DNA of 64,000 nt from an uncultured virus (IMG/VR IMGVR_UViG_3300005573_000061) (IMGVR_UViG_3300005573_000061), one strand, 5' to 3'; counted from the first letter of the stretch, positions 20,452 to 31,576 are shown. Notes: a model not told the origin generated them from the letters alone. Numbers and translations are program-made.

Positions 20452-20591
20452 TTAAAAGAAAGTTTAAACCCACGGATATCCTTGATACCATCCATGCTTA
20501 CATCGATGGACACCAGTTTCCTCATTTACACTTACGTAGTGGCGTCTAGAAAAAAAGCAATGAATCAGCCACCCCCAAGTAGTGTACTTTT

Positions 20592-20882
20592 TCATCCGAA
20601 CCAATCCTCCAGCATGGATGCTGCGGCATCCTCATCCTCACCCATCATTTCATAGGCCGCCTGGATGATCTGATTATTCTCATTTGGATCATTGAGAGTA
20701 TCAGGATTGCACCGAGCATCATAAGACTTGATAGCTGGGCATCCGATGCGATAAAACTCCTTGTGGACCTCACGGCGGCGCTGCTCGTAGGTTCCACCCT
20801 CCTCCTCGACACGGGCTAGAGCCTCTTCGTTCAGACAGTCCATGTCCCACGGCTCACGGCACTTCGGGCAGTAAATATCCAT
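20592..20882 (-). CDS. Hypothetical protein with CxxC (leaderless)
   Basis: MDIYCPKC; GG-TAGAGT -10 just upstream of ATG. Confidence 0.7.
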   Translation of the reverse strand: MDIYCPKCREPWDMDCLNEEALARVEEEGGTYEQRRREVHKEFYRIGCPAIKSYDARCNPDTLNDPNENNQIIQAAYEMMGEDEDAAASMLEDWFG

Positions 20883-20899
20883 GGTGTAACTCTACCCCC

Positions 20900-21142
20900 C
20901 TAACTCAGGATCCAATCACGGGCACCATCAAGATCCACTTCCACATCTACTGTGTCTCGTAGCTCTTCGATGCTTTCAATGAATTTCAATGGATCTCTAA
21001 GCCCTATGAAGCGGATGAGCCTCATGATCTCGCTCAGAGGTGCGTCATCATAAGAGCCGTCGCTGTTTTGGTCCCCCCAGATGGTAGAGAGGGGGACAGT
21101 GACGCTCCCAGAGACACGAAGGGTGACAGTACGCTCGTCCAT
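20900..21142 (-). CDS. Hypothetical protein (leaderless)
   Basis: 80 aa behind a TTTAGA...GGTAGAGA promoter. Confidence 0.65.
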   Translation of the reverse strand: MDERTVTLRVSGSVTVPLSTIWGDQNSDGSYDDAPLSEIMRLIRFIGLRDPLKFIESIEELRDTVDVEVDLDGARDWILS

Positions 21143-21216
21143 GCCTGAGTCTCTACCCTGAGGGACCTCATCTAAAACTATGTTTCAGAACATCTTGGAT
21201 GTGGTAAGGTTAGCCC
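21143..21216. promoter_or_regulatory. Divergent promoter pair at the strand switch
   Basis: Minus: TTTAGA..GGGTAGAGA..ATG. Plus: TTTCAG..GGTAAGGT..ATG. Confidence 0.65.
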
Positions 21217-21444
21217 ATGAGTGTTCGAGAAATTAAGATATTTGATACCAATCGTTCGGATCGGGCCGATTATGGCTCCTATATGGTCATTACTTCCGGT
21301 ACTATCTACAGAAAGTATATTCGCAAGACTTACCGATTTTTCCGTAATGCCCAATATAGTCCGCAGGCTGCTCGTAACGTCGTCAATACCCTCATCTTCT
21401 GGCCTATGGAGGGGGCCGAGTGGATCGATCCCATTGACTCCTGA
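21217..21444 (+). CDS. Hypothetical protein (leaderless)
   Basis: 75-aa ORF directly after the promoter. Confidence 0.55.
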   Translation: MSVREIKIFDTNRSDRADYGSYMVITSGTIYRKYIRKTYRFFRNAQYSPQAARNVVNTLIFWPMEGAEWIDPIDS

Positions 21445-21487
21445 TAGCTTCTCCAGTATCTAGCCCGCCCCTAGACCTGGAGGAGGA

Positions 21488-21520
21488 GGGGGACCCCTTC
21501 GGGGGTCCCCCTTTTTTTTA
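21488..21520 (+). terminator. Rho-independent terminator
   Basis: GGGGGACCCC-TTCG-GGGGGTCCCCC followed by a T run. Confidence 0.9.
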
Positions 21521-21809
21521 TTCCTTCGCTCGGGCGACTTCCTCTTCCTTCTGGATCGTCTTGAGGATGGCATCCATTAATGTGCGATATCACTCTTATG
21601 GCTGCCCCTACTACATCCTCCGGATTTACTACCTTTGCTTGCTCCGCTGAATCTTACCAACCAACGTGGGTGATCTAACCTGGATTTTTGTACCTTTTGC
21701 CTAGGTGTGTCCGAGTCGTCCGCCTTTGCTGTGTATCAGGGGGTCACCATAGCAGACGCCGGGTGACACGTCGGGGACCCTCGTAGCTCCGGAGGATTAT
21801 CCACAGGGT

Positions 21810-24707
21810 GTGGATGGGTACAGGGGTGAGATGACTACGATCCTGTGTGGCACCTTCACTGAGCGTCCTGAACCCATGTCCATGGAGGAGTACGAGCGCT
21901 GGCGCAGAGATAACGGCTACTGGTCTTATTTCTCCTATGGCCTGACCCATCTCCCCTGGTGGAAGCGAATGTTAGATGTGAGGCACCGTTGGGTAAGATG
22001 GTGAATATGGATATCCACCTCACCGACGATCAGGTATTCACGATCCTGGTCGGACTCCTAGACCGCCAGCACGAGGTTCAGGCCCACATCGCATACTTAC
22101 GTCAGGGCCGTCCCACCTTTGGCGTAGATCGTGATCATCTCATCCAATATTGGGAGAATGAGTGGCAGAAATGCCAAGACCTTTATCAGGAGATTCATGA
22201 TCTCAATAAGGAATCCGGTGACAAGAAATCCGGTGACGAATGGTGACTATTGATATTGGTCAATTGATGATGGAGGCATCCAAAATATTGGAGGTATTGC
22301 CTGGGATGCGACCGGGACAGGTATTATTCAATACTCTGGCTCATATGGATATGGATTTAGCAAACCAAATTAGGGGCACAGACGCCGATCCCTATTATGA
22401 CGATGCAAATCTCCCCAAATTTTATGAAAGGGTTATCAATGGCAGTCTTTGAGGTTTATATCAATACCGATGGCGCTGCATTTGAGGGTGACCCCACTGG
22501 AGAGGTGGCTGATATTCTGGGTTCTATCATCACCAACGTGCGCTATATTGGTCTGCATCCAGACGAGGTTTATCGACTCAAGGATGCTAACGGTAATCGT
22601 GTCGGTTACGCTATTTGGAAGACCGAGGAATAATGATCCACACCCATCGCTGGTATAAATAAAATTTAAGGAGTAGATATGTTCCAAGTTGGAGATAGAA
22701 TAATTTGCCAAAATATAGATGGGCTGGGGACCGTTTTGGCTGTCATGGATTTGTCGATCGAGGTTCGCTTTGATTCTGAGCCCACACTAATCCAGATGAT
22801 TCCTCAAGATAGCGCTACAAAGGTGACAGGAAATACCTAATGAGTCTCCGAACCCAAAGAAGATCCTGCGACGGTAAGCAAAAGCATCCACACCAAGGAG
22901 GGGCCAATATAGTGTTGCGCAGAATGCGACAAGAGGGAGCTATAGGAATGGAAGCCTATAAGTGCCCCTTTTGTCCCTATTGGCATATAGGACATAAGAG
23001 GGGGACTAATCAGCGTAGCGGTAAATATTCCCCGAAGAATAGGAATAGACGATGAATGATCTATCACTCTCAACAGAAGAGCTAGAAATCATCGAAATCG
23101 CTCTACATGCATATGCTGATTTTACCGATCAATTTGCTGGTAATGCGGATCGAGGTTTATCGGATCTTTATCGTGCTAAAGGTTATGCCGCATATCTGCT
23201 AGCTGGTCGTATAGCAAAGATTCTTCAGGGTTTAGACATCCCACAAGGGGGGTAAGATTCTAGTATGAGCACACACCGTTACACCGCAACACTCCGAGAC
23301 AGTGATATCGTTGTCGTGGAGGCGCCCGCTAGCGTCGATATGGGGGATGTTGCCCTTTTGGTGGCTAAGAAGATGGGTACCGATGTACTCAACTTGGAGC
23401 CCGCTGATTTGGTCGAGGTGGGGTAGACGTTGGGGGCCAGTATAACCCTTGAAAAAGAGGAATTCTCCATTATAATTTCATCTCTACAAAATCGCATTGA
23501 CTATTTGGTCACAATTTTAGAAGATGATGCGACCGAAAGTTTTATGCGGAGCCATTTTATAGAGGAGTTGAAAAGGGCTCAAGAATTATATGATAATCTC
23601 TTTAGCATTGGATTTATTTTATTTGTTTAGGGGGTCGTCATGACCGAAAGTACCTGTCGAAATTGCGGTCGGCCGATTTACGTCGATGGCAAAGTTTGGA
23701 TCCATTTGGATGGGTTTGACCTTTGCCATATTACTTTTGCTGAGCCCGCCGTAAATTTGAGTCTTGACACGAGCGAGCAGCTTGAGGTAAGATAAAGATA
23801 TGACCACCCTCCACATCCCCTTTACAGACGACATTGTGACTTGGATCAATAACACAAACGGACGCTACTTCACCTGGAATAACTGTGTTGTGCGTCAGAC
23901 TGGCACCGGCGTTATACAGGTGAGTAAAGAGGCTCCTACAGGTCGTATCATCGCACACTTCCACACACTTTCGGCTGCCTTGAAGTTTGCTCAAGATTAG
24001 GGTTGGGTATACTTCTACTGTGGCTTACCGATATGATACGGACCGTTACGCTGATGCCTCATTTGAAGGTGCCGCTGAAGCTCGTGCGGAGGCTGAGTCT
24101 CAGAGAGATTACGAGGCGATGATCCTTTTGCGAGCAATGCAGCGTGAAACAGAAGAATTTCATACTGCAAAATAATCTGCTATTTTTTACGCATGGGACA
24201 ATGTGTAAAATGTGGATCGGAAGATATCAAAATCATCGAAGAACACGGCACGGATTTCATCTTTGCTGTAGTGTGTATGTCTTGTAAATTCCCCTGGGAA
24301 CCAAAGAATAGGATCACCATCAATGAGTTTGAGAAGGAACACAACCACCGAAATTGATCACTGTTCAGATCCTGATTTAGTACCCTGGTTTGAGCATCAA
24401 TTTGCTTTCCTTAGCACGCTAACGAGCCGTGAACAGCAATATGCTGAGAATGCTCGCCGGGCTAAGATGAATCTACCTCCAGCTTTTATCTTTGTGGATG
24501 ATGACACCTATCAGATGTTTGAGAGAGAGTCTGAGGGGGTATAAACCCATCATGAGCAAGTTCCTTAAGACTCTTTTGGTATTGCTATTTTGTCTAACCA
24601 TCGTGGCAGATGCGGCCGGGCTGCTCCCCTGGTGGTTTTTTGTGGCACTGGGGGGAGCTTGGGTGCTTACTTATTTTGTGTCCGTTTTCATGCACAGGAG
24701 ATTGTAA
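21810..24707 (+). other. Cluster of ~15 small hypothetical early genes
   Basis: Tightly packed 55-95 aa plus-strand ORFs (e.g. 22240..22452, 22840..23055, 23052..23255, 23800..24000, 24323..24544), several leaderless. Confidence 0.6.
23231..23264 (+). promoter_or_regulatory. Leaderless promoter
   Basis: TTTAGA-16 nt-TAAGAT-6 nt-ATG (23265). Confidence 0.7.
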
Positions 24708-24714
24708 ATATCTA

Positions 24715-25212
24715 ATGACGAAGGTTACCACCCGCTTTCGTACCAACAATATTACCGTCAGCGACGATACCATACGAGGATTAGTAAATAACCTGGAATT
24801 TGTAGATTCCGGTCTTTACCGAGATGTATATAATCTCGGATTTGACTATGTTCTCAAGGTTGCCCGAGTGGTGGCTCCGACCGATGATGATTTTGATGAA
24901 TCTGCTTGCAGATGCAACATACAAGAGGCCAAGCTATATCAACTTTCTGATGATCGGACTCGTTCGCATTTGGGAAGGGTACGTTCCTGCTCTCCTTGCG
25001 GGTCATGGATGGTAATGGATAGAGCAGATATGGTTTTGATAAATTCAAATGATTTGCGGGATAATCGACATATTTATTTTTTTAAATATTCTCTTGGCCT
25101 AGAAGATGTTCACCTCGGCAATTTAGGGCTCTACGGAAAGAAAGTCAAAATTATCGACTATGCGGGTTGGCCTAAGGATTGCACCCGTTTAACATTTGAT
25201 CAGAGGGGGTAG
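24715..25212 (+). CDS. Small Ser/Thr protein kinase-like protein (T7 gp0.7-like)
   Basis: SGLYRDVY, VLKVA, CNIQE, DVHLGNLG, KIIDYAG. Confidence 0.7.
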   Translation: MTKVTTRFRTNNITVSDDTIRGLVNNLEFVDSGLYRDVYNLGFDYVLKVARVVAPTDDDFDESACRCNIQEAKLYQLSDDRTRSHLGRVRSCSPCGSWMVMDRADMVLINSNDLRDNRHIYFFKYSLGLEDVHLGNLGLYGKKVKIIDYAGWPKDCTRLTFDQRG

Positions 25213-26208
25213 AACTTCAATATGAGATATGCCGTAGAATTTAGAGATGGTAAGCGCTGGTCTGTAGCCGACTATGCTCGTGACCCACAAGAGGCTTATA
25301 ACATTATGTCGGACCTGGGCACGGAGGTAGTTCGCATCCGAGATATCGTTACCGGGAATATTCTGTGATTTGTCCAAAATGTGGCGCCCATACGTGGCCC
25401 GGTTGTAATGATCCAAATTGTACAGCTTTATGGTGTGAGAGAGTATCCTGTGGCTGGGAAAATAATCTGCACTGCCAAGAGAAATTTGATGAGGTTTCAA
25501 ATCTAGAGCTAGAGGCTATAACCTAGTTATTCACATCTACAAGTACACGCTACAGCATGGAGGTATGGAATAAATGTCTGGCACTAACCGAGTCAATTTG
25601 GCCCACACCAATAGTCGTCGCCAGGTTGCTCTAGATAATTTAGATGCCCAAATCAAGCTTTTGGAGTCAGGGGAGCCTTATCCCCGCTCAAATCGCAAGG
25701 GTGGAGGCGAGATTACAGTAGAGGAGCGTGCTGATAAGCTTGCCCGTGCCCTAGATGAGAAGCGTACTCTCACTGAGCGAATTTCACGAGGACGATCATG
25801 GCGCTAAAGAGCCCTGTCGAAATTATTGCTGATTTGCTGAGGAAACACGAAGGGAAAAGTAAAGAATTCCAGGCTCGTCTAATTATGGATGCTCTTGATT
25901 CTGCTGGATATATCCGATCTTCGGAGCAGATTAGCTTGATTGAGAATTATCCTAATATCGATGCGGCTGACGGGGATTGGATCAAATGATTGCTCATGAT
26001 CAACTTGAAGCAATTCTTAGGCAGTATTTGACGGAAGCTGGCCTATCCAGCGAGCAGCAAGATGGATTGACACAGGATTTTATAAATAACGTCAACGTTG
26101 CACGCAATATCGCTGCTGAGCGTGTACTTAATGATGTTCTAGAGGTTTTGACCAACCCAGATTTTGTTCCATACGAAAAGCTCACCCAAATTCGTCATCT
26201 ACTCTAGG

Positions 26209-26242
26209 TTTAGGACTCCTGCGTGTAGGGTAGAGTCTCAAT
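26209..26242 (+). promoter_or_regulatory. Leaderless promoter
   Basis: TTTAGG-16-TAGAGT-6-ATG. Confidence 0.75.
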
Positions 26243-27046
26243 ATGACCACGACACTTGAGAAGATCGCCGCTCTGCTCCGCAAGGCAGAGTCCACCACCC
26301 CCGAGGAGGCTGAGGCTCTGGTCAGCAAGGCACAGCAGCTTGCTACGCTGGCTGCGATCGACCTGGCTACCGCCCGGGAGTACGTCCCCGAGCATGAGCG
26401 CAAGGAGACTCCGACCCAGAAGATGATCATTATTGGCGAGGCTGGTAAGAAGGCTCTCGCTACTTATGTGAATCTGTTTCTTAAGATTGCCGATGCGAAC
26501 GATGTTCGTTGTACGATTGCCTATAACTTAACTTACGTGAATGCTTACGGTTTTCCCTCCGATATCGCCAATTGTGAGGCACTTTTTGCGTCACTTTTGA
26601 CGCAGATGGTGGAGGCATCCAATGCCTATATCAAGAAGGGTGAGTACAAAAGCGAAACCTATTTCAGCCACTCCACCTGGACCCATAAGAAGATGGATGG
26701 TCGTATTGCACGGCGTAGCTTCCAAGAGGGATTTGCGACCAGGGTTGGTCAGCGACTCTCCGAGGCTCGTAAGCAGGCTGTGGATGATGCTGAGACTCGC
26801 TACCGTGCTGCCCATCAGCCGGTGGGGATGCTTCCGGAGGCTTCCCAGGAGACTCAGAGCGATTCGGTCGCCCTGGTTTTGGTGCGTAAGTCTGAGGAGG
26901 TCAATCGGTACTTTAGTTCCAACAATAATGCTCGGAGATTGTGGAAGGGAGGATCCGGTAGCGCCTCTTCTAACGCATCTCGGTCGGCTGGTCGGTCCGC
27001 TGGGGACCGGGCTCGCCTCGGTGCTCCCCGAGGTTTGAAGGCTTAG
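26243..27046 (+). CDS. DUF2786-domain protein
   Basis: LEKIAALLRKAESTTPEEAEALVSKAQQL; RRSFQEGFATRVGQRL; ends AGRSAGDRARLG. Confidence 0.85.
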   Translation: MTTTLEKIAALLRKAESTTPEEAEALVSKAQQLATLAAIDLATAREYVPEHERKETPTQKMIIIGEAGKKALATYVNLFLKIADANDVRCTIAYNLTYVNAYGFPSDIANCEALFASLLTQMVEASNAYIKKGEYKSETYFSHSTWTHKKMDGRIARRSFQEGFATRVGQRLSEARKQAVDDAETRYRAAHQPVGMLPEASQETQSDSVALVLVRKSEEVNRYFSSNNNARRLWKGGSGSASSNASRSAGRSAGDRARLGAPRGLKA

Positions 27047-27067
27047 GTGGAGGGGTAGAATCTCAGC

Positions 27068-27544
27068 ATGGCCGATAAGGATCAGTCCATGGTGTACGCT
27101 GGGGAGCATATGGTCGAGGGCATGCTGAGCGAAGCAAACCGGGAGGGGGGAGCACGGACAGTGGAAATCGCTGGCACCATGCTTACCCTCCCGGTGGAGC
27201 GGCGGTTCGCTAGCATCGACTCCATCCAGACCTACGTAGATAAGGTTCTAGGGCTCCCGAGCGTGGTTGAGCTTTACCACCCGGGTCCGTGCCGGGTGCG
27301 AGAGCGTAGGGGAAATAGGATGGCCCATTATTGTGCAGGGGTGATTGCTATCCACACAGCTAGCCAAGATCGGTGGGCTGCTAGAGAAATTGTGGTCCTC
27401 CACGAGCTTGCCCATCATCTCACCAATGGGGATGGTCACGGATCAAAGTTTCGTGAAGCATTGATTTTCCTTACCGAAATTTGCATGGCCCCCGAGGTCG
27501 CATTTGCTCTTCGAGTTTGCTGGGTAATGTCAGGGCTGAAATAG
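27068..27544 (+). CDS. HEXXH metallohydrolase (TIGR04338/Rv0185-like)
   Basis: DQSMVYAGE, TLPVERRFAS, VVLHELAHHL..HG..F. Confidence 0.8.
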   Translation: MADKDQSMVYAGEHMVEGMLSEANREGGARTVEIAGTMLTLPVERRFASIDSIQTYVDKVLGLPSVVELYHPGPCRVRERRGNRMAHYCAGVIAIHTASQDRWAAREIVVLHELAHHLTNGDGHGSKFREALIFLTEICMAPEVAFALRVCWVMSGLK

Positions 27545-27561
27545 AGAGATCGGACGCTAAA

Positions 27562-27972
27562 ATGTCTTCTACCCAAGATCGTTTTAATGATGCTATCAAA
27601 GATATTAGAAAAGATGGTGTAAAGGTCCGTCAAAATATTCAAAAGTGTTGCCGTGGCTGCATCGAAGCTAAGGATTTGGGGATCAGGCCAGAAGATACTT
27701 CGATCCCCTATATTTACACCTATGGCGGTCAAGGGGCGGCCTACTCGTGGGGAGATGGGAATGCGGTTAATAGGGCATCATTGCGTAATGTACGAAATCC
27801 TATGCATCCACGCTATCAACCTGTACCCGTTTCGAAAATTTATTGGAATTGGGGTGGTCAAGACAATAGTGCTGCTGAAAAGACAGTTCAGGCGTTTAGA
27901 AACCATGGATTTCAGGTAAGTTGGGATGGTACTGAGGCCAATTGTGTTGTAGTAATTTTGGAGGAGAACTAA
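27562..27972 (+). CDS. Hypothetical protein with CCxxC motif
   Basis: QNIQKCCRGC ... GFQVSWDG. Confidence 0.6.
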   Translation: MSSTQDRFNDAIKDIRKDGVKVRQNIQKCCRGCIEAKDLGIRPEDTSIPYIYTYGGQGAAYSWGDGNAVNRASLRNVRNPMHPRYQPVPVSKIYWNWGGQDNSAAEKTVQAFRNHGFQVSWDGTEANCVVVILEEN

Positions 27973-28321
27973 ATGCGTAATATTACTGAAAAAGATTTCT
28001 TTCAGGTCGAGGTGAGTCGACGTGAGCTTGAAATGATTCGGGCTGCCTTGGGTCCTCTCAACAAACAAGATATGAGTAACCTCCTATCTTATGAGGGTTA
28101 TAATTCCCTACAACCCTCGGACGAGACGATTCTTTACAATCTATATAGGGAAATTGGGAAGACTCTCAGAGAAAATGTATGAGAATGAAAACTGATCCTT
28201 TTCAAGAGTTGGTAGATAATCTCCTCAATGTGATACAGAAAGCAGAAGAGCGAGGGGTCGTTTCGGATGATGTGTGGGAGGCCGCTCAGTTAGTTTATTT
28301 TGCCAGAAAGAAGATATATGT

Positions 28322-28888
28322 ATGATATTGAGTGATGTCGATATAGCAAAAGAAATAGAGTCTGGGCGAATCAAGATTGTCCCTAAACCTCTGCGAGAGT
28401 GTTTTCAACCAGCTAGCGTAGATTTAACTTTGGGCGATGACATGATGGAATTTGGGATGATTGATTATATCGATCCTGATTGGACCCCCAAGAAGGAAAA
28501 GGATCGTATGATGCAGAAGATGACCAAAATCTCCGGGGACTATAAAATTTTCTCCGGATGTTTTGCTCTCGGTACCACCAAAGAGCACATTACCGTCCCA
28601 GATAATATGGTTGCTAGAATTGAAGGAAAGTCCTCCTTGGGTCGTTTGGGACTTATGATTCACGCTACTGCTGGGTTTATCGACCCCGGGTTTCAGGGTA
28701 ACATCACTTTAGAGTTTTCTAATCTAGCCCCGGTTCAAATCAGACTGCGGCCGGGCATGAAGATCGCTCAAGTAGCTTTCGAATATTTGACTACCTCCGC
28801 AAACCGCCCTTACGGTCACCCGGATATAGACTCTCACTACCAGAGTCAGACGAATGTCACACCATCTAGGTATGGTCTACATGCTTAG
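28322..28888 (+). CDS. dcd: dCTP deaminase
   Basis: MILSD, QPASVDLTL, EGKSSLGRLGL, TAGFIDPGFQGNITLE, KIAQ. Confidence 0.95.
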   Translation: MILSDVDIAKEIESGRIKIVPKPLRECFQPASVDLTLGDDMMEFGMIDYIDPDWTPKKEKDRMMQKMTKISGDYKIFSGCFALGTTKEHITVPDNMVARIEGKSSLGRLGLMIHATAGFIDPGFQGNITLEFSNLAPVQIRLRPGMKIAQVAFEYLTTSANRPYGHPDIDSHYQSQTNVTPSRYGLHA

Positions 28889-29133
28889 GATGATCGTCGC
28901 TGGGGAATGTATGAGTGTAGGATCTCTCATTGACCATATGATATGGGACCATGGGGATCAGTTTCCCAAGGGATATGCCTCTATCCACACTGAAGCTAAT
29001 AATGCTTATTCCGTAGAAATTCTTCATCAAAAACAGCATAATAAAAAGGGTGAGAATGTAGTTCTTACCCATAAACACAAAACAAGAGGGGAAATAGAAT
29101 ATTTCCCCGAATTTGAGCCAAAGGATGATGTTG

Positions 29134-29589
29134 ATGTCTTCTAGAATTGTTATCGATATTAATACCTTAGAGGGTAATCATGTTAATTCCGAGCAACTAC
29201 TCTATATTACAATGGTGCTGGAAGATTCTTTGAATGATTGGGCTGAGAACGAAGATTTTGGATTCGCAGGTTTAGAATTCACTACCGGAGTAGAATTTGA
29301 CGTTAGAGATGAGGAAGAGCTTGGCGAAAACGATGACGAAGATAGGGACGAGGACGATGCCCCCAATCCCAAGTCCTTTGATACCGATCTTTTTTCCACG
29401 GTATTTACTCATGTAGCTTATGATGCTGATCGGTATATTCTCACTTTGAAATTTCATTCCGGCAAGATGTGGCAATATATTGATGTGCCTGAGATTGTAG
29501 CTCATGAGCTTTTGACGGCGGATTCTCCCGGTTCTTATTACCATCATAGAATCAGGGGCGCCTACGATTCCCTTCCTTACCATCCCTAA
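29134..29589 (+). CDS. KTSC-domain protein
   Basis: VAYDA..LTLKFHSG..WQYIDVP..LLTADSPGSYYH..IRG. Confidence 0.75.
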   Translation: MSSRIVIDINTLEGNHVNSEQLLYITMVLEDSLNDWAENEDFGFAGLEFTTGVEFDVRDEEELGENDDEDRDEDDAPNPKSFDTDLFSTVFTHVAYDADRYILTLKFHSGKMWQYIDVPEIVAHELLTADSPGSYYHHRIRGAYDSLPYHP

Positions 29590-29603
29590 AGGAGAATATA
29601 TAA

Positions 29604-29972
29604 ATGACCACCACTATTAGTGTTACCGATATTGATGAAGAGGTCTTGGGGTCCATTGAAGTTTCTCAGGATCCTAAGATGATAGACCTGACTCCGGTCG
29701 CTGATGTAGATCCCACTGAAACTCAGAAGGAAAAGCTCGTAGTAATTCGTCGCTGTGAGTGTGGGATGGAGATACACCCCACCGGTAAGCCTGGACGCCC
29801 TGCTACTCGCTGTGAGGCATGCCGCAAGGCTATCACAGAGCGTAAGACCCTCCAGTGTCGTCAGTGTGAGAAGCCTCTCCCGGCTCCCACCAAGCGTGGT
29901 CGTCCTGCTACCATTTGTGAGTCTTGCAAGACGACTCCAAAAAAGAAGTCAAATGCTAAAAAAAGCGCTTAA
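29604..29972 (+). CDS. Zn-finger protein with GRP (AT-hook-like) motifs
   Basis: Two CxxC..GRP..CxxC units. Confidence 0.6.
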   Translation: MTTTISVTDIDEEVLGSIEVSQDPKMIDLTPVADVDPTETQKEKLVVIRRCECGMEIHPTGKPGRPATRCEACRKAITERKTLQCRQCEKPLPAPTKRGRPATICESCKTTPKKKSNAKKSA

Positions 29973-30066
29973 GGTCGTTTTGATCCATCTATGCCTATCT
30001 GGGGCAATTTGGATCTTGTTCCAAATTTGTGGTTTAGCAGACCGACCGAGAGGGTAGAGATACAGT

Positions 30067-30498
30067 ATGCCGATAACAACAGAGATGGAGCGGGACGCAC
30101 TTACCGATTCTGAGTTGGACAAGCTTCACCGCCAGCAGAATCAGGAGTTTCTTACTGAGCACAAAGCTTTCTATCTGACTCCCGATTATTGGAAGCTTTC
30201 TGAGCAGCAGCGGATGGATTGGGTTCGTCGTCCCAAGCTCTCTGAGCAGGAGAAGCAGATCGACAAGGTTCGCAGACTGGCGATGGAGCGTTCGGATGTG
30301 TCTGCTATGCCTAAGCGTACTCGTAAGACCACCACCCCTGTCGCTAAGGCTCTTCCTGTTGCTCCTCCTAAGAAGACCACCCCCAAGGATCAGGGTGGCA
30401 AGGAGAATCTGTGTCGCAAGTGTGGAGATGTGATTCCTCCCACGGGCAAGCGTGGTCGTCCCGCTGCATTTCATGATGGGTGCCGTCCGGCGAAGTAA
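30067..30498 (+). CDS. Basic protein with C-terminal CxxC..KRGRP motif (leaderless)
   Basis: CRKCGDVIPPTGKRGRPAAFHDGC; promoter TTTAGC-16-TAGAGA-6-ATG. Confidence 0.65.
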   Translation: MPITTEMERDALTDSELDKLHRQQNQEFLTEHKAFYLTPDYWKLSEQQRMDWVRRPKLSEQEKQIDKVRRLAMERSDVSAMPKRTRKTTTPVAKALPVAPPKKTTPKDQGGKENLCRKCGDVIPPTGKRGRPAAFHDGCRPAK

Positions 30499-30504
30499 TA
30501 CTCT

Positions 30505-31085
30505 ATGTTTCTTTTAATTATGATGGGGATCTTCCTCATGGTCATGCTTGTGGTGGAATTTAGCCATCCAATCTGGTCGAAAAAGAATGAGGAAGATCCC
30601 CAGGCCCCAGAAGATCCCGAATTTGAGGCCCTACGCAAGCAGGCTCTAGCTGAGCTACAGGAGATGGATATTATCTTCGGTATTCAACCTCCTAAACCTC
30701 AGTCAGCAAGTTATTATCCATCCGAAAACGTTTTAAAGACTGTTCAACTATTGGCACCCGGTCTACTACCAATGCGTGTGTGTACGAGATGTGGTGGGAT
30801 GCGACCGGAGCTAGGACCATGCGATGTATGTGGAAGTTCAGAACAGAATTTCTCTTATATAGAAAGAAAAAATTTATGCTAATGTTTCTTTGGTACATAT
30901 TCTTTCTGGCGCTTTTTCTTTCCATCAACCCGTGGCCTTGGTGGCTCGCAATTTTGATCGCTGCTGTAATTGTGTTTGGTTGTTGGGGGCTCTGGAGGGG
31001 TATAAATGAGTTCCTGTATGGCAAATGGTTGGATAACTGGCTCAACGAAGATGAGGAATCTGAGCCGACAGATGTGCTAAACTAA
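30505..31085 (+). CDS. Two small membrane proteins
   Basis: 30505..30882 (N-terminal TM plus CxxC pairs) and ~30882..31085 (two hydrophobic helices). Confidence 0.55.
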
Positions 31086-31114
31086 TCTCTCAACCATCCC
31101 GAGTTGGGGCATCT

Positions 31115-31191
31115 TCCCGGCGTATACCCTCACTCTTATAAAGTGTAGAAAGGTTAATGGTGCATACGGGTTCGACCCCCGTCGCCGGGAC
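31115..31191 (+). ncRNA. Rearranged tRNA-like element (TAT loop, no canonical D-arm)
   Basis: TCCCGGCG/CGCCGGGA stem, T-arm ACGGG-TTCGACC-CCCGT, CACT-CTTATAA-AGTG arm. Confidence 0.6.
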
Positions 31192-31332
31192 TTGGAAGAT
31201 AACCATTATCAGATACAAATTGCGAGAAAATAATTAGACAGGTTCGACTCCTGTACTCGGGACTTACCACAGCAAAGGAATAAGAAATTTGTTTAGGATT
31301 TGGGTGAGAGGGTATACTTACCCTACACCCAT

Positions 31333-31412
31333 CCCCAAGTGGTGGAATGGTAGACACGCTTGATTCAAAACCAAGTGCCTAGAGCGTGAGGGTTCGACTC
31401 CCTCCTTGGGGA
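31333..31412 (+). tRNA. tRNA-Leu(CAA)
   Basis: Cloverleaf with long variable arm. Confidence 0.85.
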
Positions 31413-31415
31413 CTT

Positions 31416-31500
31416 AATAATAATTTAGAGAATCTGTTATTACTGTGTCCCAATTGTCATGCACAAACCCCTACTTACAGGGGTAAAAATAAAAAATCTA
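31416..31500 (+). pseudogene. HNH endonuclease C-terminal remnant
   Basis: Translates NNLENLLLLCPNCHAQTPTYRGKN with no start codon. Confidence 0.7.
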
Positions 31501-31576
31501 CCTTAGGTAGCCCAACGGAAGAGGCAGCGAGTTTAAACCTCGCTCAGTGAGAGTTCGAATCTCTCCCTAAGGACCA
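31501..31576 (+). tRNA. tRNA-Leu(TAA)
   Basis: GCGAG-TTTAAAC-CTCGC, CCA end, short variable loop. Confidence 0.85.

Noticed and set aside
22212..22240. AATCCGGTGAC tandem duplication
   Set aside because: Only two short copies inside a coding end
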